Assembly (NCBI GenBank): GCA_032718475.1
Contig: JAUCBJ010008670.1
Span: 1 to 64,000, forward strand
Direction of reading: 5' to 3'
Source of the DNA: Nemertoderma westbladi
Lineage: Eukaryota; Animalia; Xenacoelomorpha
Length of the DNA stretch: 64,000 nucleotides
Shown: positions 36,156 to 48,300 of the stretch, piece after piece
How the letters are laid out: the number at the start of each line of letters is the position of its first letter
How positions within the stretch are numbered: the first letter of the stretch is position 1
Translations under genes and position numbers: made by a program
The notes under the pieces: generated by a model
The model's input: the letters and a program-made list of their open reading frames with translations, nothing else
What the model was told of the DNA's origin: nothing
Database searches by the model: none

Positions 36156-39100
36156 CATGGAATACTAAATATACACGGAACCAGATAGATGTCCGATTTC
36201 ACGAGTCATTCTTTTTATTGCTTTAATCTATTGTACTCGATGCATGAATAAAAATTTTGAAAAAAAAATTGGTGGTCATCGATCTCGTTGCCATGGCAAC
36301 AGACATTTTTCATTTTTTGCCTTTATTTCAACTACGATGAGTGAAAATACAGTAAATATTGCTTCCAAATTTGTTCAAAGGTTAAAGCGATATACATACA
36401 CTATAGCTTCCGTTTCATCAATAAGTTGCCTGATCTGCTCTGTAACCCAGCATTATTTTTCTTATTCCTCCAACCGGCGCTTCAGATCAATTTCCTTCCC
36501 TTGTTTCGCTGAGGCGCCTTAAAACCGTCCAACCCAGTCTTGTAGCTTTCTTTCTCAGCTATTAGCTCAGCCAAGTGATTTCTCTGTGCCTTCAGAAACA
36601 CGTTGATAATTTTGCGTAAAAATTTCGAGGAATGACTGGAGTGAATATCGCAAATTATTGATCTTGTATGCAAAGAATCTACTGGAAGCATTTGTAGGTA
36701 CTGAAAGAGAACTTCGGCTGATATGAATTTGTCATCTTTAATATTTTTTTGCAGGAATTTATATGCTAGTTCTAGGTTACCGAGGCAATTACAAACGAAG
36801 TTGACAAGATTTTGATGTGGAATGGTTAAACCACCGCGATTTATATCATGTAGAAAGTGGCGAGATGACTCATTAGATGTAGACCCACTTCTTTTAGAAT
36901 CGCTAATGATGTCATTTGTACCGTTTAAATTACAGTGTAGGCAGTTGACCCCTACTGTTTTCACAATCCATCCTGAGATGTATTCAACAATATCTAGAGA
37001 TTCTTCATTGACAGTTAGACAACGAAACTCATCTTCATCCACAATTTCAGACACTTCATCGAATAACAACGCGGCTTCATTGTGGAAATCTTTCTTCAAC
37101 AGAAAGTCGGATACTTCGAGGTCTTCATCTATGATTAGTCGTATTGATAAAATTTTATTGGAGTTTAGAGCGTCTCGAAGAGCAATTAGAAACCGGCCAC
37201 CAGACATTTGTCTATATTTAGAGTAATGTAACTCCAATGCATCGTCTCCAAGGACATGAGTGTTAAACAAGCTGTATCCCAGTTCCTCAAACACGAGTTT
37301 AAACACTTTCTCTGTATTGCGCACAGTCAATAGGAGGGCGTTAAAGGTTTGAGGTGATAGACCTGGCTTTCCCGAATCTCGCCATGCCTCCACCCAATCG
37401 CCAAAGTATTTCAAGAAACTTCGTCTCTCAATCTGGTCTTTGTGGTGTGTCTCAGTATACATAGTGGATGTCTTCGGATTCCTAGTTTTGGTGTTCATAA
37501 ATGCCCAAAATAACCTCATCAATCGCACAAAATTTGCTGTCGGACTGTTTCTGTCAATATAATATCTCAGAGCACTCTCTGTACAATCGCTGTAAAGATT
37601 TAGCATAAGCTGAGTGTTTTGTTTTTTCTTCTGGACATGTAATGTCGAGAATGTTAGCTTGGGTGCTCGTCGTAAATGAGCGGTAGTATTATGAGAAGTG
37701 TCCAAACAATAAACTTCGGCCACATCACTAACCTTTGCTTCACTACCTGGTGAAAGTCAATCGTATCATTCTTAAACTGCCAACTGAACTGTGGTAAAAC
37801 AAAGATGCCTAGTTTGAACCAATTATTCCTGGTATTCTTTAATAGATGGTTATAATCGAAGAGCGGAATGATACCTTGTAAAATTTCTGAATTGTCAAAA
37901 TGCTTAAATATAGCATCTAGCGTTATAGTTGGTGAATTATCACTTGTCACCACTCGTGGCGATGTTTGGACTGATCTTAGGTTGCTGCAAACTTCTTCAA
38001 GTTACTAATGATCTCCCGTCCTGTCATAGCGGTTGCAGTGGGACAGATTTCACTACTAATGGTTGCCCATGACTCAGACCTCTAACCATCAAACTATTCA
38101 AAGATCCTATATCCGATTCTGTAACACCACCTTGGCAAAAACCGCCTCTTTCTGCAAGTGAATTTCGTCCAAATACACAACAACGTTTGTGTCCACCTTC
38201 ATTTTCTGGAGAAGTTTGTATGAATCGATGGATCCTTTAGTTATTTTCAATAAGCATCAATAGCAGCCGAGCAGAAGGCTCTCAAAAATTAACCAGACAG
38301 ACACCGTTGCCTAATGATACCAGTACACTAAGGCTCGCCTTAGCGTACTTAGCTTACTTAAAATAGGTACTGAAATACTTTTTGTAAGTAACTGTCACAC
38401 CCACCAGTTGATCCAAGTCTCTAAATTTTGACTCTTGGTCCCTATCGAAGTCCTTTGTCAGTGTTATCCGGTTTGTTGGTTTTTTGCGTCTACCATAGAA
38501 GTTAACACGTTTAGAAAGTGTTGTTTCACTCTTCTCTGATCCTGGTAGACATAATGATGGCACAGCGGAATCTCTCAGCTCTTTTCTTTTAAATGGCTTA
38601 GCAATGAAGTCGCTTTGTGAAAAATGTCTGCAACAGACACCAAAACTGTCGCAGGAAAACACCCCTGGCTTTCTCACTGCTTTAAGCCACTTGTCCCTAG
38701 TTGATGTGTCCTTGGGTATACAGTATACCGTAGCACTAGGCCCGGCCCTCACCCCACAATTAGGTACACAACAAACACCAGGCATTCGTTATTAATTTAT
38801 ATACTGTACTGTAGGTAGGACAAGGTGTGTTTTAATCTTAGCTATAGAGGTGTGGTATACAGTACTGTATGTTCTAATCTGATTTCGCACTGTCGTGTCG
38901 TTTAACCTTGTGAAATTGTATTGTACAACCAAGGCCTTCTAGAACTACAGTAATGCGTTATATCACAGTTACTATGGAATTACTTAGCCAAGTAGTGTTG
39001 ACGATATAGCAATTTAGATAGTGATGCACGCAACAATTTAATCTCTGTTGCCATGGCAACGAGATCGATGACCACCAATTTTTTTTTCAAAATTTTTATT

Positions 39101-39191
39101 CATGCATCGAGTACAATAGATTAAAGCAATAAAAAGAATGACTCGTGAAATCGGACATCTATCTGGTTCCGTGTATATTTAGTATTCCATG
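36156..39191 (-). mobile_element. P-superfamily (THAP, Galileo-like) DNA transposon with disrupted transposase
   Basis: ~147-bp apparently perfect TIRs starting CATGG; 7-bp TSD GTTTACC (36149-36155 / 39192-39198). THAP domain ORF 38354-38785, FDYNHLLKNTRNNW, and LELHYSKYRQMSGG in ORF 36482-37723. Confidence 0.95.
36482..38785 (-). pseudogene. THAP-domain P-element-type transposase, frameshifted
   Basis: C2CH THAP (CCVPNC..W..VCCRHF..AVP), YLDEIH near 38170, D..HLLKN motif; split over at least 3 ORFs. Confidence 0.9.
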
Positions 39192-39794
39192 GTTTACCGT
39201 TTATCCCCATCCCATTGTTTGCAGTTTGCTTCAAATGTATTATTTTATGACGATTAGTAATCCTCCCCCCCCCCCCCCCCCCCCCCCGAGTAAATTGACT
39301 TGTAAATTGCAAGTTAGCTTCCCGATGCAGATTGTAACCCACTCAGCTAGTTTGGAAATTAGGGGTGCAGTTTTTGTATAATTTCATAGTTTTTATAATT
39401 TTCATAGTTTTCTATGATTTCATAGTTTTTACGACTTTGTTAATAGTGAACAATAGGGAACTTTCCCAGAATTCGTGTTTTCGAGACTAAGGTGAATTAT
39501 TGAGTGCAGATTTTCAGTATTGTTGCATAATTAAAAATTGTTTTGTACAATATTACAAAGTAAATTACATTCGTTAAGTTTATTTTACGGAATTTCACCA
39601 GATTCCCCGTTTCGGGGAATGTACTGTAGATTTAAGTTCGTGATATATTAATTTATTATTATTTTGTTTGTATTTATTCCATAACCGTCAATTTTACTGT
39701 TTTGTATTGTAGTACATATTTGAGATAGTGATTATATATAATATCCCACGTTTGCCATTCTTAGTGTACGTTTAATTAAATTTTGTTTTTCTAC

Positions 39795-40083
39795 ACGTTT
39801 AATCTATGATATTTTCCTAATTTTCGGTAACGTTGGCTGTTGGCATATTTAGGAATTTGATAATTATGCTGAAAAATACCTTAAGAAATATACAGTATTT
39901 ATAATTAGTGTGGAATATACTGTAGTTTAACTTTAACCCAGTCGGGAGTTTGATGTCTCTTACTGTCATATACCGCTACCGGTTTTTAGGCCATTGTATT
40001 ATATTGCTGTATTGTACTTTTTGCTTACGTTAGTCAGTTAATTAATTATTTAACTTTTAATTATCTTAAGGGGCTATTAAAAC
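39795..40083 (-). repeat. Inverted-repeat arm matching 29096-29390
   Basis: Ends GGGGCTATTAAAACT; lacks a ~40-bp insert present in the left copy. Confidence 0.85.
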
Positions 40084-40535
40084 TCCAGCCCCACCACCCC
40101 CTTGTAATGCTGAAAGATAGCCCATTAATTTCTGGACTAAATGAAACTCAATATTAAACAAATGAGTAAACAGGATTGGAAGATATGAGCGAATTAGACA
40201 CAAACATGCCAAACCTCCCTACCCTCCCCTACATCAGTTTAAACATGTCTTAGATATAGAAATCTACAAAAATAGCTTACAAAGCTTACTTTGAAGCTTA
40301 CTTAAAAATAGCTTACTTTGTGTTTTTACACACAAACACTGTCAAACACTTCCCGTCTTATGTTTACAGTTTAGTAGGATAGAATTTGAGGACGAGTTAG
40401 AGGCTGCCTATATATCCAAATAAATAAATTAATTCGATATCAAAATAAAAGGTTACAGAGACACTATTTCTATTTTCTTTTGCCTAATCTTCTCTTAATT
40501 GCCACTTTTTCATCAACAATTATTTGATTTCCAAG

Positions 40536-40685
40536 TTGTTCAATGGCCCATGGAATTATGGACAATACACCAGAATATCTGTATTACAAGAGTATCTACC
40601 CAGGGGGATTGGGCCAGAATATCCACAGTGATGGTAGCGCTGCAATACTGGAAGAAGCATTGTTTAATTTCTATGATGAAGTGCA
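40536..40685 (+). CDS. Coding exon 2 (CAP domain)
   Basis: CCAAG| acceptor, phase 2: (G)CSMAHGIMDNTPEYLYYKSIYPGGLGQNIHSDGSAAILEEALFNFYDEV; donor GTGAGT. This frame is absent from the ORF track. Confidence 0.9.
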
Positions 40686-41093
40686 GTGAGTTGTTTATGT
40701 TTACTCTCAATCCATTTGTATTTAGTATATTACATTACATTCAACTAAGAGTATAGATACGAGGTCCAACTCACAAAAACAGTAAGTAGTATTCAGGAGC
40801 TTATCAACAACAAATATCTAGAGCTGCCTTTCACAAGTGTAACTTAATAATATATCGAGCATATCCTACTTAGCCACTTGTGGTATGTTGCAGTACTAGT
40901 CCATAACTTACTGGAGATGTTTTCTTTGTCTTAATTTACAATTAATTGAGAAAGACAGCTATTAGCTATTTAAAGCTTGTGAATGTACTACACTTTATCT
41001 ACTTGTATTTTATTATTTCCCCGTATTCAAATATATCATATTTTGAGTAAGATAGAATATCATTAATTATAGTTATGGTATGCCTAATTCTAA

Positions 41094-41293
41094 TAGTGGG
41101 GTCGCTTGAGGCTAAAAAATAGCAAAATCGTTAATTGCCGGACAAAAGCATGAAAATGTCTCTGCTAGGGAAATTGTTAATTCTTTTGGTACACAGGCTC
41201 AGATTAATTTACATATTTATTTACATATATAGTCACATTTTCATGCTTTTGTCCGGTAATTAACGTTTTTCACCTTAAGCGACAACCCCACTA
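41094..41293. mobile_element. ~200-bp MITE
   Basis: TAGTGGGGTCGCTT...AAGCGACAACCCCACTA termini with inverted CCGGACAAAAGCATGAAAATGT. Confidence 0.8.
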
Positions 41294-41445
41294 TATGCCT
41301 AAGATCTATTTCTTGAATTCAATGCTTAATTAAATAAAAATAAAACTTCACTGAAAATTTCACTGAAGCTGTAATTAATTAATTAGTTACCAGACTTCCT
41401 TCACACACCTACTCACTTCATTGATTTTCAAATTTTATTTGCAAG

Positions 41446-41674
41446 GCTTTTCAACATGAATAACTGGAAATGCATGGGATTCCCCAATAATCCATCTGTC
41501 TCTGATTGGCTAGCCTGTGGACACTTTGACCAAATGATGAGAGAAGGATTGACAAGAATAGCCTGTGCCAGGGGTGAAACCTGCAAGTTTTTGGTTTGCG
41601 AGTATTTTACTGGTGTCAACCGTCTGATACCATGGTGCGATCCTGCACAGCCCGACTATGAACAATGTTTGTTT
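41446..41674 (+). CDS. Coding exon 3 (CAP1/CAP2 motifs)
   Basis: GCAAG| acceptor, phase 2: LFNMNNWKC...ACGHFDQMMREGLTRIACA...FLVCEYFTGVN...QCLF; donor GTAAGT. Confidence 0.92.
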
Positions 41675-42103
41675 GTAAGTAATTATTATCATCTAAAATA
41701 TACATGAAACAAAGCAAGTAATTATTTCTTCTAGATTATTCTTTCGATGCAATCAAAATTCACTCATCCCTTTCCAGGGGAAAATCGACGCAAATAACAA
41801 TTGATTACTTGCAAAATATAACTGTAAGCTGTACAATTGATTGTGTGTTCAATAAAATATGTTTTTATGTTATAAAGTATTGTGTGTGAAATTCCACAGC
41901 GAGAGTTAATATTTCGACATAAATATGTTGCATTTGGTGAACTTTGTTTCTGGATGTGCTCAATATAAATAATTCCCCCCAACTTTTTAAATGACCAAAA
42001 GGGAATAGCTATTCCTCATAAGAAAATGTAAGGAGAAACACACCACATCAATGGGGCATGGAATAGGAAAACCTACGAGTGTATTTATTGAATGTATTTA
42101 TGC

Positions 42104-43670
42104 TACACGAAGTGGGGCCTTCGCGCAGCACGTGAAATGAGTTAATGCTAAGTATCAACTCGAAAGGATTATAAAAACATAGGAGAAGATTTTCCCGGAA
42201 AACGTTAACCCTCTAGCGGGAGACTGGGTAACTGAAGAAGGAAGGATTAGTTTCCCTACAAAGCCACATCCTATGGTCTATTACATATCTACCAAGTTTC
42301 CGATTGACGGATCATAAATAACGAAATGTTGGAAGGTTTTCACTTTCATACATTTAGCCCTCTAGCGGCATATTAAAGAACTACGGATCGATCACCTTCC
42401 TCACAAAGACGAGGCATGTGGTCTAGTACATACCGGTACTGTATATTCCAAAATTCAGCTTAAATAGATTAAGATCAAGGAATTCGCAAAGGTTATCACT
42501 TTCCTACATTTCGCCCTCTAGCGGCAGACTCGAAAACTCCGGACCGATTACTGTCCACACAAAGACTTAGGATGTCTTCTAGTACATATATGACAAGTTT
42601 CAGCGTAATCAGATCATAAACAACTAAATGGAAGAATAATTTCACATTCGGGACATTTCGCCCTCTAGCGGCAGACTGGAGAACTGCAGACAGATTAGCC
42701 TCCTTTGAAATTTACAGCTAATGGTCTAGTACATACTTCCCAAGTTTCAGCTTAAACGGATTAAAAGCAAAGAAATGGGTGGCCATTTAATGTTTAGACA
42801 TGTGGCCCTCTAGCGGGAGACTGGAAAACTTCGGACCGATTACAATCCACACAAAGACTCAGGATGTCTTCTAGTACATATATGACAAGTTTCAGCGTAA
42901 TCAGATCATAAACAACTAAATGGAAGAATAATTTCACATTCGGGACATTTCGCCCTCTAGCGGCAGACTGGAGAACTGCAGACAGATTAGCCTCCTTTGA
43001 AATTTACAGCTAATGGTCTAGTACATACTTCCCAAGTTTCAGCTTAAACGGATTAAAAGCAAAGAAATGGGTGGCCATTTAATGTTTAGACATGTGGCCC
43101 TCTAGCGGGAGACTGGAAAACTTCGGACCGATTACAATCCACACAAAGACTCAGGATGTCATCTAGTACATATATGACAAGTTTCAGCGTAATCAGATCA
43201 TAAACAACTAAATGGAAGAATAATTTCACATTCGGGACATTTCGCCCTCTAGCGGCAGACTGGAGAACTGCAGACAGATTAGCCTCCTTTGAAATTTACA
43301 GCTAATGGTCTAGTACATACTTCCCAAGTTTCAGCTTAAACGGATTAAAAGCAAAGAAATGGGTGGCCATTTAATGTTTAGACATGTGGCCCTCTAGCGG
43401 GAGACCATTGCACTGATGGTGTCTGAAAGTCTCTCAAAAATCTCAACTTTTGCTCATATTGATACCTACAAATTTTCAACTTGGCAGCTTTAAATCCGAC
43501 AAAGTTATTAGCATGTCAAAATCGTAACGACGACGACAACGACGACGACGACAACGACGACGACGACAACGACGACGACGACGACGACGACAACTATTTG
43601 CATAAATTGACCCACCCCCTAACAGTGTCAATTCGCTAAGGCTCCGCCAACTTCGTGGCTCGCCCCACAA
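42104..43670 (+). mobile_element. Helentron/HINE-like element with 146-bp satellite in ~292-bp dimers and a (GAC)n microsatellite
   Basis: Subterminal inverted repeats CACGAAGTGG / CCAACTTCGTG; monomers marked by CCCTCTAGCGG and CAAGTTTCAG; microsatellite 43527-43592. Confidence 0.78.
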
Positions 43671-43798
43671 ATATTCATGATTACAATTCAATCATGATAC
43701 TGATGCAGGAAACATAGGGTGACAGTCATTTAATAAAAATTCCGCAATGGGAAATGATAATAGATTTTTGTAATATTTTTTATGAAATTATTTATCAG

Positions 43799-43951
43799 GA
43801 CATGCAAGTAGAGCAGTTCTTTAACGAAGGGACCCAATGCAGTGCCTGTCTGGATGGCCGTGTCTGTCGGGGTGGTTTGTGTGCCCTTCCTGATGAAGAG
43901 AGGGATCTGGTAGAAGAATTACCAAATTGCTCCAATGATGCACATCAAGAT
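43799..43951 (+). CDS. Coding exon 4 (CRISP hinge)
   Basis: ATCAG| phase 0: DMQVEQFFNEGTQCSACLDGRVCRGGLCALP...PNCSNDAHQD; donor GTTAGT. Confidence 0.92.
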
Positions 43952-44411
43952 GTTAGTTTAGAACTGAACAATTAATTGAACTTTTAAATTAGTGTATTCA
44001 CACTTACACACTTAAATTGGTTATATTCCTTATTATTTAGACTGTTATGTAATTTGTAGTTTTTATATTCGTTATTTTATAGACTGTTATTTTAATGCCT
44101 ATTGTTTTTACATATTCATAATTAATGTATTTTAATTAGTAATTTCATTAGAAATCTTTTTTATTAAGAACATTCAACAACAACAACATTTATTTTATAA
44201 TTAACACACCACAATTGTCTTTTGATGTGTTTAATTTGATTTACACAAAGTCAAGTCCTGAAAAATAGTGTTGTTATTCAGGTACCTGGCATCCTGCAAT
44301 TATACAGTACAATAATACTGTAGTAACACTACAGACAAACACAGTCCAAATTTATAAACACAGTCAAATAACGAGAGCTAGATTGCTGTAACTGCCTACC
44401 CTATTGCTGTA

Positions 44412-45350
44412 TTGCCTATGGCTGCCAATTTATCAGATAACAGACTACAGTTTAACAACAATAGTAGATTAAATGCACTTACAAACAAAGAACAGAAAGA
44501 GGAGCTAATTAGGCGCAAGCTGCCTAGCTCTGGAGCTAAGGCCACTCTTTTGTTGCGATTGCAAACATATGCAAATGAACATACCCATTACCGGTAACTT
44601 TGGAACCGGATTTTGAAAAAATTGAGATACAAACACCGTGTACGCTAATGATACTCACAATAGCAACTCGGATGTTGAAACAATTAACGATGACGAGTTG
44701 CGAAAAGAAGTACGACTATCAAGTTCAGTCGTCTTAGGTGGAGCAGTGGAACTAACTGGCGAGTTACAATCCCTACCGGTTACTACTGCAGATAGACCTG
44801 AAGCAGTATCACCATTGTCTGTCGCCTACTGTACTCCTCAATCCTACAACCGCTCATATACCGGTACCCCTAACTGGAATACATATCGGTACAGTCAGAG
44901 TGAAACCTTTACCCGACTTACTGGTACATTCAGTCCGAACCAGGAAACAGACTACTGATCTTCAGACAACCAACGCCTGTTAGACGATCTACTTCAACGT
45001 GTAAATACACTAGAAATGGTACTGACACAATTGAAAGCCATACGCCAAGGAGACATGATTCGAATATCACAACTTGAGGACAAGATCGAAAGAATAAACA
45101 ATCAACCTAGGTCCACTGATAATGTAAACATAACAGTAAATGATGGTGGTATAGGTACAGGTAATAATAAAGTTAACTCCAACTCATCCATAAATTACCA
45201 AAAAGTACCGGTTGTATATTTGGAACCTCCAGTACCCTCGCGAATGTCCCTCACATCAGTCAACTCAACCTTGACTGGTAACGAGAATGTAGCTTCCCAA
45301 ACAAGCTCAACGAATACCATAATTCCTATACCTAATTATATATATAATAT
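44412..45350 (+). mobile_element. Disrupted retroelement ORF1/gag-like region with SAP domain and coiled coil
   Basis: LTNKEQKEELIRRKLPSSGAKATLLLRL fits the SAP motif; later LLQRVNTLEMVLTQL...ISQLEDKIERIN heptads. Truncated by the MITE at 45352. Confidence 0.6.
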
Positions 45351-45351
45351 A

Positions 45352-48300
45352 CACTGTGTCCCGTAATATAGTGCCATTTTCTGATGACACGGACACCCCC
45401 CCCCCCCCCCCCCAGATTCTTCTACAAATCTGTATCATATTGCTTGAACTTTGAAACACAACTAGTTCCACTCACCGTGGTTGACCCCATGAAGCCGGAA
45501 TTTTCGATTCTGCCTTTAAATTTTTTTTTATAGGCGTTTTAAAAAAATGGCTTTTGCGAAATCGCACCCTCCGTATCGTGGCCATTCTTCTCATTAGTCG
45601 TAATTTGTTCATATCATTAGAAAGCTTAGCTTGCCTTGCAAGGATTCGAAATATGTAACAATATCTGAATTTCGTTGAGAAACAACTGAGATATAGGCGT
45701 TCAAAGATTACAAGAAGTATCATTCGCTGAAGGACATTTATTATATTCAACTAGAAAGCCTGTGGCCCTTCGGGCCACAGCTTTCTAGTGCACGTGCAGA
45801 TGATATATGAATATGTGTGAGAGATTTGAGAACTGCATACGGAACAGACACCATCATTAAATAAAACACCACCCCCATAAGAGATAACTGTCAAGTTTCA
45901 ACTTTAGGCAGATTGTAAATAACAAAATTTCCAGAAAATGATCACTTTCAGATCCACCCTCTACCTGCGGACTGGTGAAATGCAGACGGCGCTGCAGTTT
46001 GGTAAAGATTGGGTTTATGGTGAAGTAAAATGCCTGCCTTTCATGTTTCAGCTTAAACAGATTGTAAATAACAAAATTGGTGTAGATGTTCACATTCAGA
46101 CATTTCACCCTCTAGCGGTAGACTGAAGAACTGTAGACGACTCTGGGACTCCGTAAAGATACAGAATATGCTGTAGTAGACTCCTGCCAAGTTCCAGCTC
46201 AATAGGATTAAAAAGAACCAAATGGGATGAGGTGTTCACTATCAGATATTTCGCCCTCTAGCGGCAGATACGGACTGCCACCAGCGGGGATCGAACCCGC
46301 GTCTCCCGAAAAACGTTCAGTTATGCTAACCACTTAGAACTCTGTGACTCCGAAAAGGTACAGCCTATGCTGTAGTAGAAGCCTACCAAGTTTCAGTCTA
46401 AACCGTTAGTAAATAACAAGTTGGAGAAGATGTTAACTTTCAGACATTTCACCCTCTAGCGGTAGACTGGGGAAGTGAATAGGATTCTGCAACCCCGTAA
46501 AGATACAGCCTATGATGTAGTAGATACCAACCAAGTTTCAGCTCAAAATGATTAAAAAGAACCAAATGGGATGAGGTTTTCACTATCAGACAATTCGCCC
46601 TCTAGCGGCTGACTGTGGAACTGTAGATGACTCTACTACTCCGCAAAGATATAGCCTATGCTATAGTAGATGCCTACCAAGTTTCAGTCTAAAAGGATTG
46701 TAAATAACAAAGTTGGAGGAGATGTTAACTTTCAGACATTTCGCCCTCTAGCGGTAGACTGGGGAATTGTAGACGACTCTGCGACTCAGTAAAGATACAG
46801 CCTTTGCTGTAGTAGATGCCTACCAAGTTTCAGTCTAAACGGATTGTAAATAACAAAGTTGGAGAAGATGTTAACTCTCAGACATTTAGCCCTCTAGCGG
46901 TAGACTGGGGAATTGTAGACGACTCTGTGACTCAGTAAAGATACAGCCTTTGCTGTAGTAGATGCCTACCAAGTTTCAGTCTAAACGGATTGTAAATAAC
47001 AAAGTTGGAGAAGATGTTAACTCTCAGACATTTCGCCCTCTAGCGGTAGACTGGGGAATTGTAGACGACTCTGCGACTCAGTAAAGATACAGCCTTTGCT
47101 GTAGTAGATGCCTACCAAGTTTCAGTCTAAACGGATTGAAAATAACAAAGTTGGAGAAGATGTTAACTCTCAGACATTTAGCCCTCTAACGGTAGACTGG
47201 GGAATTGTAGACGACTCTGCGACTCAGTAAAGATACAGCCTTTGCTGTAGTAGATGCCTACCAAGTTTCAGTCTAAACGGATTGTAAATAACAAAGTTGG
47301 AGAAGATGTTAACTTTCAGACATTTCGCCCTCTAGCGGTAGACTGGGGAATTGTAGACGACTCTGCGACTCAGTAAAGATACAGCCTTTGCTGTAGTAGA
47401 TGCCTACCAAGTTTCAGTCTAAACGGATTGTAAATAACAAAGTTGGAGAAGATGTTATCTCTCAGACATTTAGCCCTCTAACGGTAGACTGGGGAATTGT
47501 AGACGACTCTGCGACTCAGTAAAGATACAGCCTTTGCTGTAGTAGATGCCTACCAAGTTTCAGTCTAAACGGATTGTAAATAACAAAGTTGGAGAAGATG
47601 TTAACTTTCAGACATTTCGCCCTCTAGCGGTAGACTGGGGAATTGTAGACGACTCTGCGACTCAGTAAAGATACAGCCTTGGCTGTAGTAGATGCCTACC
47701 AAGTTTCAGTCTAAACGGATTGTAAATAACAAAGTTGGAGAAGATGTTAACTCTCAGACATTTAGCCCTCTAACGGTAGACTGGGGAACTGTGGACAACT
47801 CAGTGACTCCGGAAATATACAGCCTATGCTGCTGCTGCAGTATATAGCAACCAAGTTTCAGCTCAAAAGCATTAAAAACAACCCAATGAGATCAGGTTTT
47901 CAGTATCGAACAATTCGCCCTCTAGCGGCAGACGGTGGAACTTCAGACGGCTCTGAGTATTACATTGCAACAAGTTAGGGCAAGACCTATCTAACGAGCT
48001 ATAGTAAGCGAGATTTCATCGAGATTAGATGTATAATATTAGATAAAATAATAATACAGTAAGTATAGGCCTACAGAAATAATTATTTTACTTTTAATAT
48101 TCATAACAGTAAAACAAAAATGTTATAAACCTCTCCTTCCATAAAGCCAATGATTGAGAAAGCAGAATTACTCTTGAGCAGTTCGCAACAGACAACCCAA
48201 ACCCACCCCAATCAACACTCCAGCCTGCTTGCTCCTTATCTGTGCCCAGCCAGCTAGCTGCGAGTTCAATAATTACCTTAACGTTGCTATGATACAGAAA

